Shown here: positions 9,463-17,904 of the stretch, one piece after another
Position numbering within the stretch: position 1 is the stretch's first letter
Layout of the letters: every line of letters begins with the position of its first letter
Source of the DNA: a virus
Lineage: Duplodnaviria; Caudoviricetes
Reading direction: 5' to 3' (one strand)
IMG/VR virus record: IMGVR_UViG_3300033067_000934
Coordinates: 1-24,260 of that record
Length of the DNA stretch: 24,260 nucleotides
Notes under the pieces: generated by a model
The model's database searches: none
Told to the model about the DNA's origin: nothing
The model's input: the letters and a program-made list of their open reading frames with translations, nothing else
Program-made: the position numbers and the translations under genes

Positions 9463-9964
9463 TCGCGCTCACCTTCTTGGCCGGCACAACGATGACGCCT
9501 GTTGGCATCGGGTTGTCCGGGTCGTTGGAGTGCTTGATCATTTCCCCGTAGCGTTTCGGGTCCCACTTGGCTAGGAGCTTGAGCCGGGTTTCCACTCGCA
9601 GTTTGCTGCGCTGTATCCACTCCTTGTCCTGGATTTCACGGCCGTCATCGGTCGTGATCGTGTCACTGCGACCGTCATCGGCAATCGCTATCGCTTCCAG
9701 CGCGATCTTGTCGAACCCCAGTTCTCGCCCTCGCGCGATGGCACGAGAAACCTCTGGCATCTTTTTGCCCCAATCCCGCACGGTGTCGTCGTTCGGCATT
9801 CCCGGTTCGGAGCAGATGACGGTCAGCGGCGTGCCTTGCGACAGCCCTGCGACGATCTTTTCGATGATTTGCGGCGTGTAAAGGCTTGGCCGCCCGCCGC
9901 GGTTTTTCTCGTCGGGCTTCTTCGACTTGTCGGATTTCGCGCGTGTCGCAGTAGATCGCGTCAT
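9455..9964 (-). CDS. terS: Terminase small subunit
   Basis: GGRPSLYTPQ..., HTH region, RSKLRVETRLKLLAKWDPKRYG (Sf6-like TerS); directly upstream of terL. Confidence 0.9.
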   Translation of the reverse strand: MTRSTATRAKSDKSKKPDEKNRGGRPSLYTPQIIEKIVAGLSQGTPLTVICSEPGMPNDDTVRDWGKKMPEVSRAIARGRELGFDKIALEAIAIADDGRSDTITTDDGREIQDKEWIQRSKLRVETRLKLLAKWDPKRYGEMIKHSNDPDNPMPTGVIVVPAKKVSANA

Positions 9965-9971
9965 GTCGCGG

Positions 9972-9999
9972 ATTGGACACGATCCGCGATGATGGTCAA
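9972..9999 (-). promoter_or_regulatory. Candidate late promoter motif, copy 2
   Basis: - strand TTGACC-ATCATCGCGGATCGTG-TCCAAT, ending 7 nt before the terS ATG. Confidence 0.65.
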
Positions 10000-10063
10000 T
10001 ACTTCGAGAAGTTACTTGATCGCGACTGAATTTTTAAGCCAGATCGCCTATTTTTTGATCAAG

Positions 10064-10357
10064 TCACTTGATCGCGTCTGCGGCGCGCGCGCGATCGAGT
10101 GCGTCGACGCAACCTTGGCGCGCGGTGTCGCACTTCTGCACGCACAGTTTGCGCAGCTTGTGCTCGCGCACGGCCGCGTCGGGAGCCGAGTACGGGTCAC
10201 TGGTGATCACGGACGGTTGCGCATCGCACGTGCACGACTGCCTGCACTCGGGTGCGACGTGAACGTCTATCGGGTCCGGCTTGACCGGCACCGGCGTCGT
10301 GCCGCATGCGGAAAGAAGCGCCGCGGCGGCGGCGGCGGCCATGAAGGCGCGCGTCAT
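10064..10357 (-). CDS. o-spanin (Rz1-like outer-membrane lipoprotein)
   Basis: Signal peptide with lipobox LSA-C, Pro-rich segment and further Cys residues; last gene of the lysis cassette. Confidence 0.8.
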   Translation of the reverse strand: MTRAFMAAAAAAALLSACGTTPVPVKPDPIDVHVAPECRQSCTCDAQPSVITSDPYSAPDAAVREHKLRKLCVQKCDTARQGCVDALDRARAADAIK

Positions 10358-10461
10358 GGCACGTTCCCCCGTGGAACCATGCCGCTCATCTGCGCCAGCG
10401 CGATCCAGATTGCGACGACAAGCGCGCTGGTTTTCGGCTGGCGAGTCACGTGTGGTTTCAC
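10354..10461 (-). CDS. 35-aa single-pass membrane peptide
   Basis: Not in the ORF track. MKPHVTRQPKTSALVVAIWIALAQMSGMVPRGNVP exactly fills the spanin gap, with GTGA and ATGA overlaps. Confidence 0.55.
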   Translation of the reverse strand: MKPHVTRQPKTSALVVAIWIALAQMSGMVPRGNVP

Positions 10462-10943
10462 TTGGCGAGTTCCTTGTTCACGGCCGCGACGGTTGCCGGG
10501 TCTAGCTTGCAGTCGGCCGGCAGCGGCTTGGGTGGCTTGTAGTGGGCCTGATCGTACTGTTTCAGATCGTCGATTTTCTTCTGCAAGTCGTTGAATTGAC
10601 TACTTATCTCCGCGTTGCTCGGTCCTGCCATCGCGTCGATCTTGGCCTGCAGCGTGCGTTGCTTCTCGTCCGCCTTGTTCTTGGCCTGCGTGAGCGTCTC
10701 CTGCCACCGCGCATCCGCGGCGGCTGCGACCTGGCTGCTGATCTGGGCAATCGTGGCCACGTGGTACACGACAGCAACGACGCCGACAGCGAGCGCGACC
10801 CACACCCGCGCCGGCACCTTCTTGGCGATCTCGGCGACGGCGACAGGCGCCAGCGCCCAAGCAGCTGCCAGAATGCATATCGGCACGCCGATACTCCATG
10901 CCAGCAGGTGCCAAGGGACGAAATGCGTCCAGAGCGGCAGCAT
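10458..10943 (-). CDS. i-spanin (Rz-like)
   Basis: N-terminal hydrophobic segments, periplasmic coiled-coil, C-terminal PLPADCKLD Cys motif. Confidence 0.75.
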   Translation of the reverse strand: MLPLWTHFVPWHLLAWSIGVPICILAAAWALAPVAVAEIAKKVPARVWVALAVGVVAVVYHVATIAQISSQVAAAADARWQETLTQAKNKADEKQRTLQAKIDAMAGPSNAEISSQFNDLQKKIDDLKQYDQAHYKPPKPLPADCKLDPATVAAVNKELAK

Positions 10944-10946
10944 GGG

Positions 10947-11618
10947 TCAGCGTCCCGGGGAGAAGCCGATGCCGCTGCCGGTGTTCGTACCGTAATCCGG
11001 CAGCTTCGCGCAGTAATCAGCCACTTCCTGCATCGTCGTCAGATCGTTGGAAATGGCTACGCAGTCAGAAATAGACTTGAACGGCACTTCACCCGTCGCT
11101 TGGCCCCACAAATGGAACGCAGGGCCGCCGACCGCAACCGCGCTTGCAGGGTTGGCCACCGCCGCAAGAGGCTTGTAATTCGAGAAGTCTGGAACGTTGA
11201 CGAACGCGCCTTCGAGAAACTTCACGTTCTGACAGTTCGCCGCGATGCAGAACGCCTGCGCCGAACCTTGCGGCACAAACGGCAGCGCCGCGACGGTCAG
11301 GAAACGCGAGTTCGGCGGGAACTTGCTCGCAATGGCCGGGATAGCAATCGCGCCATTGGCATCCGGCGTGTCGCCACCGGGCACTGCGCCAGTCTGCGTT
11401 CCGGTAGCGCCAGCGTTTGCGGGCGGCGTGGCGCCGTGATCGGCAGGAGGCGCAACAGGCGGCGGCGCAGTCGTTGGCGGCGAAACAGAATTTCCAGGCG
11501 CATTGATAGACGCGCCGGCTCCGAGCAGGCTGTGGAACGCGCTCTTGATGTCCACGATGTGCTTGCGGATCTCGAACAGGACGAGGATGAGCAGTGCAAA
11601 GAGCAATAGGCTTAACAT
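10947..11618 (-). CDS. Membrane-anchored hypothetical protein in the lysis cassette
   Basis: Start reassigned to ATG 11618 (AGGAG RBS); 223 aa with N-terminal TM, Pro/Ala/Thr linker and a Cys-containing domain. Confidence 0.7.
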   Translation of the reverse strand: MLSLLLFALLILVLFEIRKHIVDIKSAFHSLLGAGASINAPGNSVSPPTTAPPPVAPPADHGATPPANAGATGTQTGAVPGGDTPDANGAIAIPAIASKFPPNSRFLTVAALPFVPQGSAQAFCIAANCQNVKFLEGAFVNVPDFSNYKPLAAVANPASAVAVGGPAFHLWGQATGEVPFKSISDCVAISNDLTTMQEVADYCAKLPDYGTNTGSGIGFSPGR

Positions 11619-11661
11619 TTCGTTCTCCTGAATTGAGCGCGCGAAGTGCGCGCGGTAAATG

Positions 11662-12159
11662 TCACGGTTGCTGCCAGTCTTGGCCGAGGCACATGTGGAA
11701 CTCGGCGTTCCTGCGTTTGACGAGTCCTGGCAGCTCGAGCGTGACGCCGAATTTCGTCGCGTACGTCCAGCGCAACATCTGCGCGCACCACACTTCGGGA
11801 GCAGCACCTTCGTTGGCCAGGCGCGCCAGCGTCGAATTGCACAGTTTGTTGCGGCCGACGTTGTAGGTGAACGACACCAGCGCAGCGGCTTGCGGCGGCG
11901 ATGTGCCGATGCCGATGCAGTGATCGACGTCATCGAGCGCGCGGCGCAGGCCGTCTGTGAGCATCTTGTCGCATTGGCTTTTGGTGTACGTCTTGCCGGA
12001 TTGGATGTCGTATCCGGTGTTGCCGTAGCACGCCGTCGTGATGCCAACCGGGTCCGCGTAAGAGTGCGGGACGTATCCCTCGTAGTACGTGACGCAAGGC
12101 GACGCCAGCGCGCAGATAAGCGCCGTTGCGGCGGCCGTGCGTTTGCCGTTAGCGGTCAT
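11662..12159 (-). CDS. SAR endolysin (GH24 lysozyme)
   Basis: E27-X8-D36-X5-T42 catalytic triad, SFTYNVG, LPGLVKRRNAE, and a weakly hydrophobic Ala-rich N-terminal SAR segment. Confidence 0.92.
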   Translation of the reverse strand: MTANGKRTAAATALICALASPCVTYYEGYVPHSYADPVGITTACYGNTGYDIQSGKTYTKSQCDKMLTDGLRRALDDVDHCIGIGTSPPQAAALVSFTYNVGRNKLCNSTLARLANEGAAPEVWCAQMLRWTYATKFGVTLELPGLVKRRNAEFHMCLGQDWQQP

Positions 12160-12625
12160 CCGGTTTCACTGCCGTTTCTTGGTTTAAGACGCGGCTCGGA
12201 TTGGGTGGTTTTGGATTTCGCAGTTCTGCGGCGCGCGCGAACTGTGCTGTAGCTGGTGAAATTGAAAGCACGTAATCGTTGCGGTCGACGCGCCGCATCA
12301 GCGTTTGCAGTTCTTCGTCGTGCTGGGCGTCTTTTGCTTCTCCGGATTCGAGCCTGCGCTCGATGCGCGCGAGAATGAGCGATGTTTCGTTGCGGGATGC
12401 GTTGACATCGTTTGCCAACCTGGCTACTTGGCCAGGCAATCCGGCGAAAACCGTCAGGATCGAAACGATGGTTCCGGACGCGATCATGGCGATGATTCCT
12501 AGGATCCACGTCTGCAAGCGGCGCTCGCCAAGTGCGAGCTTTGATGCTTTGTCCTTGTCGCCGCCGAGCGATGCGTCGATCTTTTCACCAATTCTCTGGA
12601 TGATCGGGCTCTTGTCGTGGTCCAT
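12149..12625 (-). CDS. Putative holin (single TM plus coiled-coil)
   Basis: Start reassigned to ATG 12625; TM WILGIIAMIASGTIVSILTVFAGL; directly upstream of the endolysin. Function is inferred from position. Confidence 0.5.
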   Translation of the reverse strand: MDHDKSPIIQRIGEKIDASLGGDKDKASKLALGERRLQTWILGIIAMIASGTIVSILTVFAGLPGQVARLANDVNASRNETSLILARIERRLESGEAKDAQHDEELQTLMRRVDRNDYVLSISPATAQFARAAELRNPKPPNPSRVLNQETAVKPDDR

Positions 12626-12632
12626 CGTTCGG

Positions 12633-12830
12633 CTACCCCTGTGTGCTTTCGATAGGATTCTTTGCGGATGCTTCTTCCGCGATGAAGTCGTGGCAATGGC
12701 CGTCCGACGCGTTCGGGATGAGGCGCAGATTCGCAAATTCGATGCGGCTGTGCGTCTCGATGAAACGAGCGCAGTTGAAGCAGGCTTCGAGGCCAGCCCC
12801 ATCACACCACCGGAGGAATCTTTGGCTCAT
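12633..12830 (-). CDS. Small Cys-rich hypothetical protein
   Basis: 65 aa from ATG 12830 (WCDG...CFNCAR...CHDF); lies just downstream of promoter motif copy 3. Confidence 0.55.
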   Translation of the reverse strand: MSQRFLRWCDGAGLEACFNCARFIETHSRIEFANLRLIPNASDGHCHDFIAEEASAKNPIESTQG

Positions 12831-13143
12831 GGGAATCGGATTGGACACGATTCGCACGCGTGGTCAATACATAATTCATGTCATCCATGAGCTGTTCCAA
12901 GGTCGGGGAACGGTACAGGCCGATCACCATCGCGTGCAGCTCGTTGACCATGCGGTAGCTCACGCCGCTATCGGGCAGGATGTAGACGTACAGGTCGGAA
13001 TCCATCAGCACGTAGCCGCCGCGCATCACGTCCAGGCGGCGCTTCACGTGCGCGGCGACAGCGTAGACGTCTGACGCTGCGCCTATTGCGTCGATCGCGC
13101 GCATGCGAGTGATGGTGTACCGACCACCCATTTTCCTAGGCAC
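12802..13143 (-). CDS. Hypothetical protein
   Basis: 113 aa ORF continuing the operon; start uncertain. Confidence 0.6.
   Translation of the reverse strand: MPRKMGGRYTITRMRAIDAIGAASDVYAVAAHVKRRLDVMRGGYVLMDSDLYVYILPDSGVSYRMVNELHAMVIGLYRSPTLEQLMDDMNYVLTTRANRVQSDSHEPKIPPVV
12840..12867 (-). promoter_or_regulatory. Candidate late promoter motif, copy 3
   Basis: - strand TTGACC-ACGCGTGCGAATCGTG-TCCAAT upstream of the lysis cassette; shares CGGATTGGACACGAT and TGGTCAATAC with copy 2. Confidence 0.65.
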
Positions 13144-13735
13144 TCCCGGTCGCCAATGCGTGTGCCTTGTTGAATGCCTGCTGCGCTATGTCGTTCCATT
13201 TCGCGTACGCGGCGCCAGGAATTTCTTGAATAACGCGCTTGCGTTCTAGGATGATGCGCATCGCTTCCTTGCGTGTCTCACGCTTCGCCGATGAAAGTGC
13301 GTCTTTCATCCTTTTCACGTCCGGCCAGAATGCCAGCGCGTGTTCGGCATAGTCCCGCGGCGAGTCAACGGCATCGGCCTGGGCATGACGGCGTGCGGCT
13401 TTACTAGCCGCGATGCGCTCGCGCCGGCGCTCGGCGGCGGCGGCGTGTTCGGCATTACGAGCAATCCTCTCCTTGACGACCTGCTGCGGGTCCTTTTTCG
13501 GTGCGCGCGGCGTCGGCGGCGTGAAGTCCGGATTGACCGCATACACATTGCGCGATCGACCCGTTTGAAGAACCGGGCCTTGCTTGCCGACCACCAAAAG
13601 AGCGCCGCGGCTTGCAAGGTTCAACAGGTGATTCTGCACACTCTTTTTCGGTTGCCTTAGCACGGCCACAACAAGTTCTGCGGTGTTGTGGCCTTCGCGC
13701 ACGGCGTCCATCAGCATGTGTCGTCTGATTCTCAT
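13136..13735 (-). CDS. Basic protein with N-terminal winged-HTH; possible late regulator
   Basis: ATG 13735 overlaps the VRR-NUC stop. TAELVVAVLRQPKKSVQNHLLNLASRGALL...RNVYAV has a wHTH pattern; lies near the position of lambda Q. Confidence 0.55.
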   Translation of the reverse strand: MRIRRHMLMDAVREGHNTAELVVAVLRQPKKSVQNHLLNLASRGALLVVGKQGPVLQTGRSRNVYAVNPDFTPPTPRAPKKDPQQVVKERIARNAEHAAAAERRRERIAASKAARRHAQADAVDSPRDYAEHALAFWPDVKRMKDALSSAKRETRKEAMRIILERKRVIQEIPGAAYAKWNDIAQQAFNKAHALATGSA

Positions 13736-14196
13736 CGAACTCCGTCCACGTAGTCTTTCCAGGCAGCAACCGCGATTTCCGCGCCGCGGCACACGTGCGC
13801 GCAGTAACCGCAGGCGATTGACTTCTCCACCCACTCGCGTTGTTCGCGGCTTGGGTATCCGGTCAGCGACTTCATTTCGATGAAAAGGCCGTGATGCGGT
13901 CCGCACGCGAGCGCGCAGAAGATGTCCGACACGCCGGCCTTGACGCCTTCTGCCTTGAAGCGTCCGGCCTCGCGCTTGGACCTGCGGCCGCCATTCGGAA
14001 TGGCGAATGTGCGTTCTATCGCCAGCGCGTACTGCGGCTGGTTTTCTGCCAGCGCGCGGATGCGGTTGAAGAACACGACCTGTTCGTTGTGCTCGTCGTC
14101 GCGGCGAGGCTTGCGCACTTGGCGCGGCTGCGTTTCCTGTCCAAGCCTACGCATCAAGAGTGGAAAATCCTCTTTTCTTACTCGCATCAACGTCAT
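13732..14196 (-). CDS. VRR-NUC domain nuclease
   Basis: EHNEQ, FAIPNGG, EGVKAGVSDI, GLFIEMK and SREQREW; start ATG 14196 (ATGA overlap). Confidence 0.9.
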   Translation of the reverse strand: MTLMRVRKEDFPLLMRRLGQETQPRQVRKPRRDDEHNEQVVFFNRIRALAENQPQYALAIERTFAIPNGGRRSKREAGRFKAEGVKAGVSDIFCALACGPHHGLFIEMKSLTGYPSREQREWVEKSIACGYCAHVCRGAEIAVAAWKDYVDGVR

Positions 14197-14516
14197 ATCC
14201 GCGCTGCCCTCTCGTTGCTGGACTGTGTGCGCCATGCCTCGATCTTTGCCAGCGCGGCCTCGCGCAAGAACCTGCAGCGTTCGTCCTCGGTGACAGCCTC
14301 GCGGATGGCTTCCATGTGCGCCTTGTACCGCGGGTCCGCGTAGGCTTCACGCTCCTGGGCGCCGATCGAAAGATCGGTGTGCTGCTGCATCAGCTCGGCC
14401 TTGATAACCTTGCGGTATTCCTCGGTAACGATGCGCTGCGCTCGCGCAACGGCCGCTTTTTCGGCACCGACGCGCAGGAAGTCGAGCGCGCGTTCAACCT
14501 CGTCGTCTGTGATCAT
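14193..14516 (-). CDS. Helical phage protein (unknown function)
   Basis: 107 aa, coupled on both sides; AQEREAYADPRY motif. Confidence 0.75.
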   Translation of the reverse strand: MITDDEVERALDFLRVGAEKAAVARAQRIVTEEYRKVIKAELMQQHTDLSIGAQEREAYADPRYKAHMEAIREAVTEDERCRFLREAALAKIEAWRTQSSNERAARI

Positions 14517-14902
14517 CCTGTTTTCCTTTCCCCGACATCAACGACAGCGCCCGTCTGATTGAGCAGGAACAAAACCTTTGCCTTGTTGGCCTCGAGCTGC
14601 TCGTCGGTGAGCAGTTTCTTGAGCGCCAGCGTTGTCGGGTTCCATGCTGGAAGCGCGATCAAGAACGCCGCAGGCGGAGGCCATGTTTCGCGGTCGCGCG
14701 CGAGGATCCGGAACGCTTCCGCGATCCTCGGTTCGTGGATGTCCTGACGCCAACAGCGCGTTGGCCAAAGCGTTTCAATCCAGGTCAGCGCGGTGCCTGG
14801 GATAACATCACGGGCCGGCGTCCTGTCCAAACTCAAGAAAGCGAGCTTCTGCAACCCCGTCAGGATCGCATCGTGGAACCATTCCTCTACCGGTTTTGCC
14901 AT
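14513..14902 (-). CDS. Putative helicase loader/inhibitor-like replication protein
   Basis: 129 aa downstream of the initiator; the IAEAFR...TWPPPAAF motif resembles G39P/P-type proteins. Function is tentative. Confidence 0.5.
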   Translation of the reverse strand: MAKPVEEWFHDAILTGLQKLAFLSLDRTPARDVIPGTALTWIETLWPTRCWRQDIHEPRIAEAFRILARDRETWPPPAAFLIALPAWNPTTLALKKLLTDEQLEANKAKVLFLLNQTGAVVDVGERKTG

Positions 14903-15701
14903 GTTTCATACCCTCCAAAATTGCGACTGCCGACGCTGTTTTGCTGGGCGCGGATCTTGGACTTCCGCGAGATTGCGGAGCAGGCTTCGCGCCATCGGCA
15001 TGCTGGCCTCGAGCGGTCTGGATCACGTATCCGGCAGACTTGCCCATGTGCAGCTCGGCAAGATCTTCAAGCGCCTGCGGAGTTACCCCCTCGGCAATGG
15101 CAGCGATCAGGTCCGGGTTTGATGGGGTGACACGGCATCCGAGCTTGTTCATCAGGATCGAAGCCAGCACGACGGGAGAAATTCCTTCGCGCGCGCGCGG
15201 CTCTTGCTTTTCTTCTGTCTGTGTATGTATCTGCTGTATGCTATGTGCGACATCCGCGACTATTGGTGGATGTTCGCTACCACTTGCGACTGTCCGCGAC
15301 TGTCCGCGACTGTCCGCGACATGTTGCGACGTGTTTGATTTTGCTCGCTTTTCCGCCATCCGAACCCTGTCTGCATCGCGCTTTTCGTCCCTGCTTATGC
15401 GGTCGCGGTACGCCTTGTGGTTGACGATGAACCAGCCCCAGTCGCGGTGATCATCCAAGAGCTTGATACGCACGCCTTCCATGTCCGGAGTGCGCGAGTG
15501 CGGATCAGGAGCCTCGAGGACGGTAATGCCCTTTCGTATGATCTCGATAGGAATCCCGGTCCTGCGAGAAATCGCACATGGCGTCATGTCGATAACGCCG
15601 TCTGCGGTGCACAGGATCAGAAGTTGCTGGAACGTGACGAGCGCCTCCCAAGTGTCGGAAAGCGTGCCGTCGTACATCTCGTCGAAAAGTTTGCCGTACA
15701 C
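14808..15701 (-). CDS. Replication initiator protein (O-like)
   Basis: MYGKLF..MYDGTL N-terminus with HTH, RDADRVRMAEKRAK helix, and an iteron-bearing linker. Confidence 0.75.
   Translation of the reverse strand: MYGKLFDEMYDGTLSDTWEALVTFQQLLILCTADGVIDMTPCAISRRTGIPIEIIRKGITVLEAPDPHSRTPDMEGVRIKLLDDHRDWGWFIVNHKAYRDRISRDEKRDADRVRMAEKRAKSNTSQHVADSRGQSRTVASGSEHPPIVADVAHSIQQIHTQTEEKQEPRAREGISPVVLASILMNKLGCRVTPSNPDLIAAIAEGVTPQALEDLAELHMGKSAGYVIQTARGQHADGAKPAPQSRGSPRSAPSKTASAVAILEGMKHGKTGRGMVPRCDPDGVAEARFLEFGQDAGP
15200..15330. repeat. Putative replication origin: iterons and AT-rich tract
   Basis: Three exact tandem TGTCCGCGAC (15291-15320), further GCGAC cores at 15247, 15256, 15286 and 15326, next to an AT-richer stretch at about 15200-15245. 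Confidence 0.75.
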
Positions 15702-15703
15702 GG

Positions 15704-16867
15704 CTATCCAACCTCCGAAAAAAGCGGTGAATCGCCGCAGACGCGGCGGCGCGCGATGGCGGCGTACTCGGCATTGAGTTCGATCAGGATGGCGTCGAAT
15801 CCTTCGATGCTTGCCGCGCGCCCGGTGCTGCCGCTACCGGCGAACGGATCGAGCACGGTGCCTGCCGGCGGCGTGACCAGCCGGCAAAGGTAGCGCATCA
15901 GTTTCGTTGGCTTGACGGTCGGGTGCGTGTTTTGCTTCGGCGCGCAGGTCAAGCCGTTGGCTTGAACATGGGCGTCGTTTCGCATGTTCATGCAGCCGGC
16001 CAGCTTGGGTTCCAGTCCCTCGCAGCCTTCGTTCCGATCCTTGCGGCTCGCCTTCGCGCAGTAGAAGAAACGGGCGGCGCTGCCAGCATCTAGGCGGCGT
16101 GCGCCAGGCTTCATCTTAAAGCCTACCGAACATTCGTTATCGCTATCTGCACTCGGTTCGTTGCCGCGTCCACGACGCATTGCACCGTAGACGTTTTGCG
16201 TTTTGCGTGAATCTGCGCTTGTGCTGGCTTCGGCTATCTGCCCAGGCGCAATCGGAAACGCCGCCAGCACTTCCTCGCTGCCGTCGTGGATGACGTTGGC
16301 TGGCCAGCGGCCAATGCCATAATCAACTGGCTGCGTACTGCCGATGTGGCCATAGATTCCGTTCGTTCCTGCAGCGCGGCCATTGTTGCGCGCGCCACTA
16401 TCTCCAATCCTGCACCCGTCGATGTTCAACGCTCCGGTGCCGTGCTGCATGACATTCGCCGCGACGGTTCCGATCAATGGCTTGCGCGCCACGACGATAG
16501 GCTCGTGCGCTGGCTTGAGCGCGGTGCCAAATCCTTTCCAGTCGCCGTCAAGATTCTTCGATTTCGGGAATCCTGACGCGTAAATCCACATGATTTGATC
16601 GCGAACCTCAAAACCCGCGTCCTCGATCGCGCAAGCGAGCCGGTGATACGTGCGCGATCCGCCGAATGCGAGCAGATGACCGCCCGGCTTGAGCACGCGC
16701 AGGCATTCGCGCCACACGTCCGCATCGTAGGCAATGCCGGTCGAATCCCACGCTTTGCCCATGAATCCGAGTTCGTAGGGCGGATCCGTGACGACCGAAT
16801 CTACGCTCGCATCCGGCAGCGTGCGCAACACGTCCCTGCAATCCCCAACGAGTATCCGAACGGTCAT
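15704..16867 (-). CDS. DNA methyltransferase, N6A/N4C beta class
   Basis: VTDPPY near the N-terminus; HPTVKP and VLDPFAGSGSTG at the C-terminus; start ATG 16867. Confidence 0.92.
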   Translation of the reverse strand: MTVRILVGDCRDVLRTLPDASVDSVVTDPPYELGFMGKAWDSTGIAYDADVWRECLRVLKPGGHLLAFGGSRTYHRLACAIEDAGFEVRDQIMWIYASGFPKSKNLDGDWKGFGTALKPAHEPIVVARKPLIGTVAANVMQHGTGALNIDGCRIGDSGARNNGRAAGTNGIYGHIGSTQPVDYGIGRWPANVIHDGSEEVLAAFPIAPGQIAEASTSADSRKTQNVYGAMRRGRGNEPSADSDNECSVGFKMKPGARRLDAGSAARFFYCAKASRKDRNEGCEGLEPKLAGCMNMRNDAHVQANGLTCAPKQNTHPTVKPTKLMRYLCRLVTPPAGTVLDPFAGSGSTGRAASIEGFDAILIELNAEYAAIARRRVCGDSPLFSEVG

Positions 16868-17184
16868 GGACGGCTGAAGTTCAACGGCTTGCCGTCGCCG
16901 AACACGAGCTTGCGCATGTCGTCCAGGTGGCGCTGCGTGGCCGCAAGCGCGCCGGCGCTGCCGGTTCCTTCCGATGGGCGGAAACCGCATTGCCACAGGG
17001 CGTCCATCAGGCTTTGGCACTGCGTAGGGCGAAGGCTGAACGACGGCTGCTGGATCAGGTCGTCGCCGATGTCCGTAAATTCGACGCGCGTAGCAAGGAA
17101 CCTGCTGTTTTGCTTGTATTCGACAAGGAGGAAGTCGACACGGTTGCCGTAGTCGACGCGCTGGCAGTGCAGTTCGAGTGCCAT
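16864..17184 (-). CDS. Hypothetical phage protein
   Basis: Start ATG 17184 (TGATG overlap); CQSLMDALWQCGFRPSEG...ATQRHLDDMRKLVF. Confidence 0.75.
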   Translation of the reverse strand: MALELHCQRVDYGNRVDFLLVEYKQNSRFLATRVEFTDIGDDLIQQPSFSLRPTQCQSLMDALWQCGFRPSEGTGSAGALAATQRHLDDMRKLVFGDGKPLNFSRP

Positions 17185-17480
17185 CAGCCGGCCTTCTGCG
17201 CGTACAGCGCGATGGTGCCGCGCAGCGCGTCCCAATCGGATTTTCTTACCGTGACGAGGCCTCCGGCGCTGCCGGTCAGGCCAAGATTCAGGAACGCAAG
17301 CAGGTCGCACAGGTTCTCGATTCGGATGCCGGTGTCGCCGGCCAGCCACTTGCTGAAATTGCCCTCGCTCATGTCCAGCGAGTCGGCGCAGCCCTTTTGG
17401 GTCGCGTCTGCAACCGCGCGCAAGATGCTGCTGTGTATCTTACGTGCGGTTTCCGCCTTGGTGTCGTTTGATGGCAGCAT
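17184..17480 (-). CDS. cII: CII-like transcriptional regulator
   Basis: ARKIHSSILRAVA..TQKGCADSLDMSEGNFSKW resembles the lambda CII HTH; follows cro. Confidence 0.75.
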   Translation of the reverse strand: MLPSNDTKAETARKIHSSILRAVADATQKGCADSLDMSEGNFSKWLAGDTGIRIENLCDLLAFLNLGLTGSAGGLVTVRKSDWDALRGTIALYAQKAG

Positions 17481-17481
17481 G

Positions 17482-17697
17482 TCAACCTACTCCCCTTCGT
17501 ACTTGCCGTTTGCGCGAGCCATTGGTGCCGAAGATTCCGCGGCGGTCCTTGATCGCGCGCCAGCACCACGCGTCCGGCACCGGGTCGTCATCTTCCTGAC
17601 GGCAAACGGCCTGCTTGGAGATGCCCAGTTCGGCCGCGAGGTCAGAGTCGCGGTCGATGCCAAGGCGCGATTTGAGCTGTTGTTTTGTCGGGTTCAC
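17482..17697 (-). CDS. cro: Cro-like HTH repressor
   Basis: DSDLAAELGISKQAVCR HTH followed by PVPD; first gene of the leftward unit; likely start GTG 17697. Confidence 0.75.
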   Translation of the reverse strand: MNPTKQQLKSRLGIDRDSDLAAELGISKQAVCRQEDDDPVPDAWCWRAIKDRRGIFGTNGSRKRQVRRGVG

Positions 17698-17703
17698 CCG
17701 CGT

Positions 17704-17743
17704 AGTAAACCATCGTTTACCGTTGGCGTCAACCACTATTTAC
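17704..17743 (-). promoter_or_regulatory. PR-like promoter with two operators
   Basis: -35 TTGACG (17732-17727), 17 bp, TGn-TTTACT (17709-17704). Operators GTAAAC-catc-GTTTAC (17705-17720) and GTCAAC-cact-ATTTAC (17728-17743). Confidence 0.75.
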
Positions 17744-17811
17744 CGTAACGGCAGGATGATCGCGTCATGATCGGCAGCCGGCGACTAGCCGAAGCATCCA
17801 AAGTTCCTGAC

Positions 17812-17835
17812 GCCGCCCGCCGGGCGGTTCTTTTT
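17812..17835 (+). terminator. Rho-independent terminator within the switch region
   Basis: GCCGCCC-GCC-GGGCGGT followed by TCTTTTT. Confidence 0.7.
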
Positions 17836-17864
17836 CGCCCGCGGCGCGGCCGTGCGACTACACG

Positions 17865-17904
17865 GTAAACACTTGTTGACACCACCAGTCAACTATGCTT
17901 TACT
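17865..17904 (+). promoter_or_regulatory. PL-like promoter with two operators
   Basis: -35 TTGACA (17876-17881), 17 bp, TGn-TTTACT (17899-17904). Operators GTAAAC-actt-GTTGAC (17865-17880) and GTCAAC-tatg-CTTTAC (17888-17903). Confidence 0.78.
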
